This document shows, piece after piece, positions 14,518 to 28,540 of a stretch of DNA of 64,000 nucleotides. The stretch is from Eledone cirrhosa (taxonomy: Eukaryota), in assembly GCA_964016885.1 (NCBI GenBank), contig CAXHJY010000093.1, forward strand, positions 1-64,000, in the 5' to 3' direction. The first letter of the stretch is position 1. Each line of letters opens with the position of its first letter. The notes beneath the pieces were generated by a model that saw only the letters and a list, made by a program, of their open reading frames with translations, searched no databases and was not told where the DNA came from. Position numbers and translations under genes: made by a program.

Positions 14518-14723
14518 GGAGGTGAGTTTTATTGTAGTACAATAAAGCAATGCAGATATCGGATAAGATATGTTGATTTAAAACTGCACTATCCACAAGT
14601 GTTTTTAACCTTCATATCATGTCTTCTTGTTTTATCTGATGAAAACACAAATATTATTGCATGATGATATTTGTTTTTGAAATGCGCATAATAAAATACA
14701 TGGAACTCTTTTAACCATCTTTT

Positions 14724-14728
<5 letters not shown>
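14512..14728 (+). mobile_element. Hammerhead-bearing Penelope-like non-autonomous element, family 1 (internally deleted copy)
   Basis: Flanked by (TA)n on both sides. Near-identical to the reverse complement of parts of 53050-53387. Confidence 0.75.
14628..14698 (+). ncRNA. Minimal type-I hammerhead ribozyme
   Basis: tgttttat-CTGATGA-aaacacaaatatt...gatatttgttttt-GAAA-tgcgca-TA-ataaaata. Stem I is 8 bp, stem II is long, stem III is the palindrome ATGCGCAT, and the cleavage triplet is AUA. Confidence 0.8.
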
Positions 14729-14793
<65 letters not shown>

Positions 14794-16360
14794 AGAAAGA
14801 GAGACGAATATATATATATATAAATATATATATAAGAGAGAGAGATAGAGAGAGAGAGATGTTACCTGCAGCAGAGCTTTTTGAAGAACAGTATTTGATG
14901 GTTTTGATAGTTAATAGATGTTCAAAGTTGTTTGTGATGTTTATTTTCTAAAGTTTGTTGATGATGTTTCGTAATCTGTTAAATCTCTTCATTCTTAGCA
15001 CAATATATACTTGGCAACATTCTTAACTGCTAGGATGGTGTGTCTGTGTACTTGTCTGTGTATACATACATGTGTGAGTCTGTGTGTGTGTCTGTGTACT
15101 TGTCTGTGTATTCATACATGTGTGAGTCTGTGTGTGTGTCTGTGTACTTGCCTGTGTATACATACATGTGTGAGTGTGTGCATATGTTAATGTGAGTGTG
15201 TACATATGTAAATGTGTATGTACGTGTATGTGTGTGTACTTGTCTGTGTATACATACCGTACATGTGTGAGTGTGTGCATATGTGAATGTGAGTGTGTAC
15301 ATATGTAAATGTGCATGTACGTGTGTGTGTGAGTGTGAGCACATGTAAATGGTAGTGTGTGCTTGTGTGTGATGCTATGTATATGTTTATTGCTGAGTAT
15401 CTATGTGAATCTGTGTGTGAGACAAGTTGAGAAATAGAAAAATAATTTTGGAGGTTATTTTTTTTTTTTAAAAAGAAAAAGGAATCTTCCTTCTCCATGG
15501 AAACCTAAAAGATTCTAAGTGTATCACCCCCACCCTCCAGACCCCCACCCCCACCAGAATCATCAATCAGAATCCGCAGGGCAGAAACAGATACCACATG
15601 GTACCACATGTCTTCCTGTCCAATATTCACACATTTCCACAGGACAGGAACAGATACCACATATCACCCTGTCCACAAATACCACATGTCATCCTATCCA
15701 ACCTTCACACAACTCCAGCGACCCACCACCCCTTCACTAGTATTGAATCATCCACAAAAGCATGAAAGACAAATTGTAACTCTGAGCACAGACAGTTGGA
15801 ACAAATACTAAATCTTACTAATATTTCACATGTTCTGTCCATCCCTTCCACTTCCGAGTAGTTAGCACAGGTGCATTGAATACATGTTCTGACGATACTA
15901 GAGAGTTTGTTAATATACATATACAAATATGTACACACACACACACACACACACACATTTTGTGGGTATAGAAATTGTCTACAATTTTCAAACAAATTTT
16001 TAAAATATTTTTAAAATTTGTTTTGGGACTTTTATAAATTTTATTTTTATTTATTATACTAGACAAATCCAGTTGATTCTCCTTTTGAGAATGCTTTCTG
16101 TACTTGGTGATAGATAGATAGATTTCTTTATTTAGGGCGTACAAGAAAAGGGGACAATACAAAGACATATGCTGGGCATTTTACATACTATCGTGTAAAA
16201 AAAAATTTAACATAAATTCAACAATATCCCCAATGGGGGGGGGGGGGGGGGGGGGGGGTTTACAAATGGGTTGTTTTAAACCCCGTAGATAGAACAACCA
16301 TCAACCCCAGGAGCATGTTGTACAATAGATAGATAGGAATAGATAGATAGAAAGAGGAAT

Positions 16361-16823
16361 ATAAATGTAATCTGAGTTTTTCGAATATTAATAATATTTG
16401 ATTTGTTTGCAATTATGCAAACATACCTCATTTTTATAGCCATGTCAGTAGAATGAACCCCTCATTCCTGCTCTTGTGTTGGCATGTAAACAGAACTGCA
16501 AACACTAACGTTTCTGGGTATCACCCTTCATCAGTACATGGTTATAAAAATGAGACTTGTTTGCATAATTACAAACGAATCGAATGTTATTATTAATATT
16601 ACAGCGGTGGATTGGCAGTATCGGTGGAGGGTCGGACACCATGCTTTGACACATAGTTATGGCCCTTGCCATTCTGAGTTCAAATCCCGCTGAGGTTAAC
16701 TTTGCCTTTCATCCTTACAGGGTCGATAAAATAAAGTACCAGTAATGTACTGGGATAATTGTTGGCCTTGTACCAAAAGTAGAAACAATTATTATTATTC
16801 GAAAAACTCAGATTACATTTATT
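16361..16823. mobile_element. Foldback element (~85-bp imperfect inverted arms) with a hammerhead core in the spacer; right arm split by a SINE
   Basis: 16361-16445 pairs with 16536-16600 plus 16795-16823. The minus-strand spacer has CTGATGA-a-gggt-gat-accc-a-GAAACGTT (16508-16534). Confidence 0.65.
16603..16799 (+). mobile_element. tRNA-derived SINE family 1, full length
   Basis: gcggtggattggcagtatcggtggag head, B box, core and (ATT)n tail. Confidence 0.9.
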
Positions 16824-17442
16824 GTATTCAGCCATATAGAGCGAAAATGTTCTTTTATTTGAAGGAGGAATAAATAGGTAGGAAGGTGTGTTGTAGAAAC
16901 TAGTTAATATATAAATACAATAAATAAATTCAATAAAGTTGTATCAAAACATTTTATCCTCTCTGATTATTATCATTAGACCTGTTAAATGATTTCTATT
17001 TAATTATCAAATGTTTATATAACAACTTATTGTAGGTGATTAGTTGGGGTGGTGGCTTCCTGATTGATTGATCAGCATGTTTGGTAAGGTTTTAGCAGAA
17101 TATTATTGTTCCCTCTTTCTATCTCCCTCTCCCTACCTCTCTCACTCTTTCCCTCCCTCCCTGTCTCTCTACCCCCCCCCCCCCTCCTGACAGTGACCTG
17201 TCACTCACCACTGCCTATCCTCTCAGTTCCAACCTCTGCCCCTCTTACCATCCATTACCTTCTATTCAACTAAAGTTCAATGACATAACCAACTTTTACA
17301 TCTCAATACTTTCTCCATAACAAAGGAAGACCCTTTTTTCTGACTTTTTCTCTTTTTTCTGTTTTTTCTGTTTTTTTCTATTCACTCTTCATGCTGAGAT
17401 ATGAAGTGTTTCACTAGACAATGTCTGTTGTTCTACTAACTT

Positions 17443-17490
<48 letters not shown>

Positions 17491-17786
17491 ACTCTCTCTC
17501 TATCTTTGTTTCTCCCTCTCTCTTTATTGTCTCCCCACATTTGCACACACACAAGCACACACACACCACCACCACTACACTGACACACACACACAACACC
17601 ACAACACCACAACACACAACATCATACCACCAACACACCACACACACACACACACACTACACACATACATACACACCTGCCTACCTAAGATCTCTACTGA
17701 TAACCAGTTTATGCCAATGAGGGTCGGTGAAACACCACAGTGACTTTTGATCCAATTTCCTTGTGTTCTGATTCACAGAACAATAC

Positions 17787-17960
17787 CATAGAGTTACGGC
17801 CCTTTACGTTTTGAATTTAAATCCTGCGGAGGTTATAGCTTTGCCTTTCATCCTTACAGGGTAGATAAAATAAAGTACCAGTAATGCACTGAGGTTGATT
17901 TAATCTACTTTTCCCTTCCCTGTAAATAACTGGCCTTCTGCCAAACAGAAGTAATTATTA
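17787..17960 (+). mobile_element. SINE family 1, partial, long-tail subfamily
   Basis: Core match with an extra gttgatttaatc...cccttccc segment before the tail. Confidence 0.75.
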
Positions 17961-18220
17961 AACCATTAAAGAAAAAAAAAAGCTTAAACAAATAATGAAT
18001 AAATAAATAAATTAAAAGAGAAATGTCTTTTGCATAAAGTTCTCTAGCTGCGATGTGATGCTGAAGATAGAAACTAAGGAATTCAGATGTTCTAGATTAT
18101 TCTTGTTGTAAATATTGTTAGGGTGGTGCTTCAAAGAATCAGTGAAGCTCAAGAAATAGTTTTACATATAGTTGTGTTCTTTAATATTTTGTATTTACCA
18201 TCATCATCATCATCATCATG

Positions 18221-18597
18221 AGGGCGATGGAGTGGCAGTATCTGTAGAGGGTCGGACGTAGGGCGGTGGAGTATCTGTAGAGGGTCGGACGTAGGGCGGT
18301 GGAGTATCTGTAGAGGGTCGGACGTAGGGCGGTGGAGTATCTGTAGAGGGTCGGACGTAGGGCGGTGGAGTGGCAGTATCTGTAGAGGGTCGGACGCTAT
18401 GCTTCGCAGCATAGAATTACGGCTTTTTACAGTCTGTGAGTTCAAATCCTGCCGAAGTTAACTTTGCATTTCATCCTTACAGGGTTGATAAAATAAATTA
18501 CCAGTAATGCACTGAGGTTGATTTAATCGACTTTTACCCCTTGCCCAGAAAATAAAAAAATTGTTGGCCTTGTGCCTAAATCAGAAACCATTATTAT
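18221..18597 (+). mobile_element. SINE family 1 with its head tandemly amplified (5 x 33-39 bp)
   Basis: agggcggtggagt(ggcagt)atctgtagagggtcggacgt repeats over 18221-18397, then the normal body follows. Confidence 0.85.
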
Positions 18598-19362
18598 CAT
18601 GTTCTGAGTTCAAATCCTTCATCTTCAGCCAACCCTTGTAGTGTGTATGTATGTATGTATGTATGCATGCATGTATGTATGTATGTATGTATGTATGTGT
18701 GTGTGTATATATATGAGGGTTGGCTGAAAGGTTCATAGGCTGACCAAGATACTCTCTTGGTATGATCAAATGGAGGTTTATTTTTCAACATAGACTCTAG
18801 AAAGAAACAATACAGCAATTTATTAATAATAAGAGTTGAAATTAATGCATACAAGATTTCACATCTCTAGCATCACTCCTTCATCTTCATGTTCAGCCTA
18901 TGGACTTCTTAGCTAACCCTTATAGTATGATTTGAAGTAGGATTTGGCTGCTGTTTCTGATAGTTTGAGAGCAAGCATATATAGGTTCTGTTATTGACCC
19001 TATAGATAAAATGTAAAACTTATTGCTAAGCTGTCAGATTTGATACATCGCAGTTCTGTGATATTCACAAATTCATGGACATCTTTATATGAGAAAAACA
19101 ACCAAACTAAATAGAAAATAAGGTATCCATTTTCTGACCTCCTTCTTCTCCTCTTCTTCTCCTCCTCCTCCTTCTTCTTCTTCTTTTTCTTTTTCTTCTT
19201 CTTTTTCTCTTTTTATTTTTCTTCCTTTTTATTTTTCTCTTTTTATTTTTTTCTTCTTCTTCTTTCAATATGAAAGTTATTCTTGTTTGGCAGTAAGAAA
19301 CTATTATAGAATATTGGTGGTTATTGATGTAACAAGGAAGTTTACCAGTGTTTAACTCTACC

Positions 19363-19403
<41 letters not shown>

Positions 19404-20438
19404 CAATCCTCAGATCATTCTCTTCTTATTTCCAGGAATCATTGCTTATGAAATTTCTTTCCACATTTTTGGTTTCCACAAATTGTCAGTTCTGATTGGT
19501 TGTTAGTAAGATCTGACTGGTTGCCATTAGGTACTAAACTCTATTGGTGTGTCTGTGTGATTCTCTGTGTATCTGTGTATTTGTGCTGGTGTGTGTATAT
19601 CTGTTTGTGCTGGGGTGTGTGTCTGTGTACGCTAAGGTGTGTGTGGTGTGGTTCTGTATGTATGTATGTGTGTATCTGCGTGCTACGTTGTGTGTGTATG
19701 TATATATATGTGTGTGTGTGTTTCTGTATGTGTGGTGTGGTGTGCTAGATTGTGTATGTGTGTGCTCGATATTCTAGATTGCCTCTTTGGATCACTTTAA
19801 TGAGCTTGTTCTGCCAACCGATAAATGTTTCTATTTTGATTGGCCGCTTAGCTGTCACTTGATTAACTGCTACACTTCTCATTGGTCACTTCTTTCTTTC
19901 ATTACTTTATTGATTATTATTATTTTCTTTTTTTTATTTTTTTTTGCATTGATATTTATTCATTTACCTTTTTTTTAGCTTTGATTGGTCACCCATGTCA
20001 TCTGATTACTTCTTTTAGCTTTGATTGGTCTTAAACTGTCTTTAATTCTATTTGTGTGTTGTTTTTTCTGTTTTCTTGATTTTGATTGGTCCACTTCTGT
20101 CAGTTCGTTTTACTTACTGTTTAAGGTTTGATTAGCGGCCAGGCATCAGTTGATTGCTTTCCTTCGGTGTTGATTGGTCAGTTGTGGATGGTAGATTCCT
20201 GATCATTGAAGCTTCGATGATCACGAGTTGCCTTCGTTGAGATGAGGAGGAGTGGGGGGGGGGGGGGTCTGTTATGGTCAAAGCATCATCAGATCTGTTT
20301 TCTGTTTTTCCATAAGAAATTACGATTAAATTTCTTCCACAGATAAATGGTGCTTAACCAAAATCTGTAGAGGGTTACAACATCTCTGAGCAATTTGGGG
20401 GGAAGGGGAAGGTCAGTTACATCAATTCCAATATTTAA

Positions 20439-20808
20439 CCCTTTATGACCACAGTTCTAATGAAATGAGTAGACCTCGAGCAAGATGGTTGGATAACATC
20501 CATGAGCTTGGCTGGTCTTGCTTGGAGATCCAGCTGGATAAGTTGGAGAGGGTTGCTTCTAACACAACCTGCTGGAGGGAATGTTTGAAGACACTGCCCC
20601 CATCACCCTCTCAGGAATAAGTGAGCGAAGAAGAAGAATTTTGAGTGATTTACTAAAATTATTATTTCATTACTAAGATCGTAACTTAATGTAAGGTTCT
20701 TATCTGAAATTATGTTGGAAGATTTAATTTAAATTGGAAACCTTTAAAATGAGTGATTTTTATTTCATTGAACCGGAGCCAGTTTTGGCTGGGTTGGTAA
20801 CTAAAGGG
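20439..20808 (+). mobile_element. piggyBac-type MITE family B, inserted in a SINE and containing a LINE fragment
   Basis: TTAA|CCCTTTATGACC...GGTAACTAAAGGG|TTAA. Related partial copies lie near 33150, 45885, 46200 and 47473. Confidence 0.7.
20468..20637 (+). mobile_element. 3'-terminal fragment of a second RTE-type LINE (Expander/Rex3-like C-terminus) with a (GAA)n tail
   Basis: Reads SRPRARWLDNIHELGWSCLEIQLDKLERVASNTTCWRECLKTLPPSPSQE* and is followed by GAAGAAGAAG. The RPRxRW...W...W..L..LPP pattern matches RTE C-termini. Confidence 0.65.
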
Positions 20809-22079
20809 TTAATTGGTACTTGGTATTTTATTTGATCAACCTTGGAAGGATGAAAGCAAAGTTGACCCCAGTAGGATTCGAACTCAGAGTATAGAGAGTT
20901 GTAACTAAATAACAGCAAAGCATTTTATCCAACACTCGATGCGTCCAATCCATCACTCTCACTGAGATAACAAAGGAAGAAGAAAACATGCATTCTTTTA
21001 GACATTTCTATTGTTTTCAATTAAAACATTCTCTGGTAGAAATAGAAGAAAGATAAACAGGATGGCAGAACTGACAACTCTACACACAATAGAAATATAA
21101 CTCAGTTTAGATAGCAATGTGTATTATAGGAGAATACAGCCTCCAGTTCAATAATCACTGCTTACACAGCAGATAGTCTACTCAATCACCTCTCTTATAA
21201 TACAACAAAAGATCAATACTAAAATAACACATGAATACATCAATAATCAATCAGGTTCTCACAACAGGTGCAACCAGTCGGGGTGGGGTGGAGTAGGAGC
21301 TCTTTAGATGTGGGGTGGAGTAGGGGCTCTTTAGATGTTTGACTTTGTGTGTGTCCATCCTGGTATTTCAGTGTGGAGTAGGGTGGGAACACTGTAGACA
21401 TTTGATTGTGTGTGTGTCCATAGTATTTGAGGATGTGGTGGGGGCACTGTAGACATTTCACTATGTGTATGTCCATCATGGTATTTCAATGGGTCTTAGA
21501 ACTGTGTGCCCATTTTCTCATAACTGGTGCAACAAAGTTGTTAGAGGGAGGGTACCACTCTAAAAATTTGACTGTGTCCATCATGGTATTTCATGATGGA
21601 CACACACATACACAGCAGGCCTTAGAAATACTCGGTGGTGTCCATAACTCTGTAACTGGTGCAGCCAAGTCATTGGAAGAAGAAGAAGAAGAAGAAGAGT
21701 GCCACTCTAGACATTCAACTGTGTGTTGTCCATCATGGCATTTCAGTGGGTTTTAGAAATAGATGGCAGTGTCCTTCTCTTCCCCAAGTGTCCAGTCTCT
21801 CACTAACTTTAGCCTGCTAGCAGAAGCAGTTAACCAAGATGTGGGTGAAAAGATGTCCTACAACTGAGTCAGGTGAGAAATGTCCTAGAACTGAGTCAGG
21901 TGAGAAATGTCCTAGAGCTAGTCAGGTGAGAAATGTCCTAGAACTGAGTCAGGTGAGAAATGTCCTAGAGCTAGTCAGGTGAGAAAGAGTGTATCTGTCC
22001 ATCTTTAAGGATGCCACTAGTATACATCAAGGTATTATCTGTACCTGAACACCCCAGTTTTGAGAAAATGTTTCTTTAA

Positions 22080-22299
22080 CCCTTTACCATTTACATTACT
22101 CTATATATACTATTATATTTTCACGGTAAATGCTTAACTTCACATAATTTTCTCACATAGTATTGAAACTATGAGATTTTGATATTATTTATTTTGAGAA
22201 CAATTCTTAACATCAGTATGAGTGGCCAGTTACAGCCAGTTTGAACAGAAAGAGGTGAGAGAATTCTGGCTGGATACAGCTGGTTTAAATGCTTAAAGG
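22080..22299 (+). mobile_element. piggyBac-type MITE family A
   Basis: Full-length match to 4375-4582, with TTAA on both sides. Confidence 0.85.
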
Positions 22300-22556
22300 T
22301 TAAATCCTTGATAATAGTAAATACAATATTGAAATAACATTTCTTCCAATCACTTCACTCTATTTTCAAAGTGACAGTGTGTAATAGTGTATCTGGTTTT
22401 GAAATAATAGTTTCGGTCGTTGGATGAAGGCCATACTGGGGCACTGCTTTGAATGGTTTTAAACCTAAATACTTATGTAACATGAACAATAATGAGAATA
22501 CAGGAGGGAAATATTCACACATATCTTTCCATGTCAACATGAAAAGTAGACTTAAG

Positions 22557-22744
22557 ATAATTGTTTCTGCTTTTGGCACAAGACCAGCAATTATCCCAGT
22601 GTATTACTGGTACTTTATTTTTATCACCCCGTAAGGATGAAAGGCAAAGTTAACCTCGGCGGGATTTGAACTCAGAATGGCAAGGGCCGTAACTCTATGC
22701 GTCAAAGCATGGTGTCCGACCCTCTACTGATACAGCCAATCCAC
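22557..22744 (-). mobile_element. SINE family 1, full length
   Basis: Reverse complement of 16603-16799. Confidence 0.9.
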
Positions 22745-23036
22745 AATAATGACCATGATGATGATGTGTGTGTGTGTATGTCTGGTTTTCTATTTGCTTA
22801 TATATAAGTATGTAGGTAAATAGAGAACCACATGTGTGTGTCTTGTATTTATTTATATATAAATATATTTATGTATGTGTATATATATTTTCTGTTTGCC
22901 TATATAGAAGTATATTATGTATGTGTGTGTATTTTCTATTTACTTATATATAAGTGTATTATATATACATGTGTGTATGTGTGCGTCTGTTTAAGGGAAA
23001 GCAAATATGTATATGTGTATGTTTTGTATTTACCTA

Positions 23037-23094
<58 letters not shown>

Positions 23095-23151
23095 TATACA
23101 CATACATACATATATATACACATATACACATATATATATATACACATACAT

Positions 23152-23210
<59 letters not shown>

Positions 23211-23914
23211 GATATATAATTATGTATGTGTGTTTAAGGGAAGGCAAATATGTATGTGTCTATGTTTTGTATTTACCTATATATATATATACACACACAC
23301 ACACACATACATATGTATATGTATGTGTGTGTGTGTGTTTAAGGCAAGGCAAATATTTTATGCTTGTATGTTTATATTATTGGTATAGTTGAGTTGTCTG
23401 TAGTTATTAATGACCTTCCATATCAATCTATGGAAGCCATGTCTCTCCCCCTCGCCCTCTCTCTCTCTCTCTATATATATATATCTCCCCCTCTCCCCCA
23501 ATGTTACTATATTCACTCTCACTATACTTCTATCAACAGTTTTATGCCACACAGTCATCATTTAGATGCAATTTTATTTTATTTTCTCCTTTCCATATTT
23601 ACTTTCTTCCTTCCTTCCGTCCTTTTTTCTTTCTTTCTTTCGTTTCTTTCTTTCTTTTGTTCTATATATTTTTTTATATATTTCATTGAGATAAATAACT
23701 GTTAACTATCACAATTAATAACTGTTTTTGTTGGTGTTTTCATTGTTGTTTTGTTGGTGTTTTCATTGTTATTTTGGCACCAACCTAATGTTGATTTTAC
23801 TTTCTGTTCTCTTTTTGTTTACCTCTAGGCACTGTACAAACACTCACACACTCTCTCTCTCTCTCTCTTGCACATTTTATATGTATGTTTATTCATGTGT
23901 GTATGTGTCTGTAT

Positions 23915-24590
23915 ATGTGTGTGTGTAAATCTATATATTTATGTGTGTATGTGTCTGTATATATATATGTGTGTGTGTGTGTGTGTAAATCTATATATTC
24001 ATGTGTGTGTAAATCTATATATTTATGTGTGTATGTGTCTGTGTGTGTGTAAATCTATATATTTATGTGTGTATGTGTGTAAATCTATATATTTATGTGT
24101 GTGTGTGTGTGTAAATCTATATATTTATGTGTGTATGTGTCTGTGTGTGTGTGTAAATCTATATATTTATGTGTGTATGTGTCTCTGTGTGTGTGTGTAA
24201 ATCTATATATTTATGTGTGTATGTGTCTGTATATATGTGTGTGTGTAAATCTATATATTTATGTGTGTGTGTGTGTAAATCTATATATTTATGTGTGTAT
24301 GTGTCTGTGTGTGTGTGTAAATCTATATATTTATGTGTGTATGTGTCTCTGTGTGTGTGTGTAAATCTATATATTTATGTGTGTGTGTGTGTAAATCTAT
24401 ATATTTATGTGTGTATGTGTCTCTGTGTGTGTGTGTAAATCTATATATTTATGTGTGTATGTGTCTGTGTCTGTGTGTAAATCTATATATTTATGTGTGT
24501 ATGTGTCTGTATATATGTGTGTAAATCTATATATTTATGTGTGTATGTGTCTGTATATATGTGTGTGTGTAAATCTATATATTTATGTGC
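23915..24590. repeat. Compound minisatellite GTAAATCTATATATTTAT-(GT)n
   Basis: A fixed 18-mer separated by variable GT tracts. Confidence 0.9.
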
Positions 24591-25318
24591 ATGTATCTAT
24601 ATAATTATGTGTGTATGTATATATATGTGTGTATGTACATATGTGTATCTATATATTGATGTGTGTATATGTCTGTGTGTATGTATCTATATATTTGTGT
24701 GTATATGTGTGTATGTATCTATATATGTATGTGTGTATATGTCTATATATGTGTGTGTGTGTATCTATATTTATATGTCTGTCTATATGTGTGTGTGTAT
24801 CTATTTATGTATGATATATATATACAAATATGTGTGAATGTGGCTATCATCATCATCACCATCATATTTTCCCTGCCATCATGTGTATATGTGTCGATAT
24901 ATGCATGTGTGTATATTGACAAAACAATGATGGTGTGTATATGTTATATACACATATCTATGAAAAGTATTGACTAAATGGTTAGCAGTCTCTAACCTGT
25001 GGCCTACACTGTATTGTTTATCTAATCAACACATATTAACTTGCAGTGCAGAGTTCCCTTCCTTGTGTAACTCTTTGGTAATAGAGGTGGACATATTCTT
25101 ACAGGCTGATGTCTAGTGTATGAAATAGTAGTCCCTTCTATATCTAACTCCCTTATTGTTCATGCAGAATAGAAGCATATATGAAACCATTATATACACT
25201 ATATTTATATATAATAATTGTTTCTACTTTTGGCACAAGGCCAGCAATTACCCAGTGCATTACTGGTACTTTATTTTATCAACATAAACATACATAAGTC
25301 TCGTTATGGATATTTTAA

Positions 25319-25522
25319 CCCTTTAGCATTTACATTACTCTATATTTACTATTGCCTTACCTCACATAATTATCTCACATAATATCGAATCTATGATATT
25401 TTGATGTTATTTAGTTTGAGAACAATACTTTAACATCAATATGAGTGGCCGGTTATGATCAGTTTGAACAGAAAGAAGTGAGAGAATTCTGGCTGGATAT
25501 GGCCAGTTTAAATGCTAAAGGG
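25319..25522 (+). mobile_element. piggyBac-type MITE family A
   Basis: TTAA|CCCTTTAGCATTTA...AAATGCTAAAGGG|TTGT. Confidence 0.8.
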
Positions 25523-25873
25523 TTGTGATCATGTGTCTCAGCTACCTCAGGGGCCATGTAAGTCAGATATTTCAGAATCTATTAATTTCATCATTAGTAA
25601 CATTTATTCAGAGCAAGAAAGCTACTGGTGGATATATTCCCCAGCTACATGGAGTTACCATTATGTTTGTATGTGGGGGAGGGATGGGATTATTTATTTA
25701 TATCTATACTATAGTTTCAGCAAAGCAACCCTTGTCAATACCAATGACCTATTGGGAATGTGAAAACTTTTCTATCGTGATCTCTAAAGGTCACTGCATG
25801 AACCTGTGGCAGGGATTTAATCATGCAGTTTCCAATATCATCATCATCATCATTTTACGTCCGCTTTTACCTG

Positions 25874-25969
<96 letters not shown>

Positions 25970-26221
25970 TGAAGGCATGTGGCTGAGTGGTTAGAGAATT
26001 GGACTCACAATCTTGAGGTTGTGAGTTCGATTCCTGGACCGGGTGATGTGTTATTTCCTTGAGCAAGACACTTTATTTCACGTTGATCCTTCTACCAGGA
26101 GTTCCGACCGATAGATAGTATTAGCAATTGGAAAGACCAATGGAAACATTGTTTCCTCGGTCCGATTTGACGAAAGTCGATTGATCCTTTATATATATAT
26201 TGATTGATTGGTATGAAATGT

Positions 26222-26410
26222 ATATGGTACCCTCTTCACCCCTGAAATATATGTGGTACCCTCTTCACCCCTGAAATATATGTGGTACCCTCTTCACCCC
26301 TGAAATATATGTGGTACCCTCTTCACCCCTGAAATATATGTGGTACCCTCTTCACCCCTGAAATATATGTGGTACCCTCTTCACCCCTGAAATATATATG
26401 GTACCCTCTG
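26222..26410. repeat. 29-bp tandem repeat, ~6.5 copies
   Basis: Unit atatgtggtaccctcttcacccctgaaat. Confidence 0.9.
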
Positions 26411-26753
26411 TACTTCCACAGATAAGATGGTACCCTCTTTTACTAAAATATATTGTGATTGGTATGTGGTGTATGTGCTGCCTTCTGCACTCTCTTAGAT
26501 AAGATGTTTTTACTCCCTCCCCCCTCCTCCTCCCCACACACTTCATCTCCCTCACACTACTCCTCCCATCCACTCCTCCATCCTTCACCCCACCCCCACC
26601 CCAACCCTAGCTACCACGCCTAATCTGAAAGGGGGGAATAATTGCTTTACAAACATCCAATAAAGCCAATCAGATCGTTATCTTTATACGAGTATTGATC
26701 TTGCTACTTCTACCACCTCCATTTATGCCTCTTCTCATCGATGTATGTGTATG

Positions 26754-26811
<58 letters not shown>

Positions 26812-26938
26812 CGTGTGCACATATATACACACTCAGATATATGTGTGTGTATGTCTTATGTGGGTATATATGTGTGTGTGTGTGCATTTATGTGTATCAA
26901 AACTGATCTATTCATTTGTTTTTGCTTGTGTATTTATG

Positions 26939-26972
<34 letters not shown>

Positions 26973-27049
26973 TACACATATATATATATATTTATACACA
27001 CACACATATATATATATACACATACACACACACATATATATATAGACAT

Positions 27050-27100
<51 letters not shown>

Positions 27101-27574
27101 TATACTTATATATAGACATACACACACACATATATATATATATACACATATACACACATATGTATATACATACATACATATGAGAGAGAGAGGGAGACAT
27201 GCATAGCCATCTCTACATCACACACACACACACACACGTGTGTGTGCGTTTATATATGTATCAAAACTGATCCTTCTATTTGATTTTCTGTTTTTTATTT
27301 TCTAAAGATTCTGTGTGTGTGTCTGTATATGTGTGTTCTGTTTGTACAGTGTGTATGTATATGTGTGTGTGTGTCTATGTTATATGTGTCTATCTGTGTG
27401 TGTCTGTCTGTATGTGTATGTGCTACATAGATATTGTAATACCAACTGCAATATCAGTTATCCCATGAGTCACCAGTTTCCTCATCCCTGGAACCATCTT
27501 TCAGCTTTCATTGTTTTTCTTGATTTTTTGGTTTGGAGAATCTCTCATAATTCTTATACTACTGTAATTATTGT

Positions 27575-27772
27575 TAGTATTCGGTAGAGCCGTCGGACAA
27601 CATGCTTATGGCATAGAGTTATGGCCCTTTATGTTCTGAGTTCAAATTCCGCCGTGGTTAGCTTTGCCTTTCATCCTTACATGGTCAACAAAATAAAGTA
27701 CCAGTAATGTACTGGAGTTGATTTAATTGAATTTTCCCTTGCCTTGAAAATTGCTGGCCTTGTGCCTAAAGT
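27575..27772 (+). mobile_element. SINE family 1
   Basis: Head remnant, B box, core and tail. Confidence 0.8.
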
Positions 27773-27952
27773 CTGCCTATGATCTTTGTTTAGTTCCTCA
27801 GAGTTGACTGTGGTTTTTATATCCCACTAGAATCAATAGAATAAGTATCAGTTATATGCTGGGGGTCAATTAAATCAATTGTACCTTCCCTTGAGAATTT
27901 CTGGCTTGCTTTTTTTCCAATCTGAAAAATCATGAATAATGTCTTGTAGTCA

Positions 27953-28062
<110 letters not shown>

Positions 28063-28079
28063 CACCCATTCCCCACCTC

Positions 28080-28540
<461 letters not shown>

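Larger units (their letters stand above)
20390..20930 (-). mobile_element. Old SINE family 1 copy interrupted by MITE B
   Basis: Joining 20390-20438 to 20813-20930 restores the reverse complement of the SINE body. Confidence 0.65.

Noticed and set aside
26160-26185. Hairpin ttgac-gaaa-gtcga as a possible hammerhead
   Set aside because: No CUGANGA box and no stems I or III nearby.
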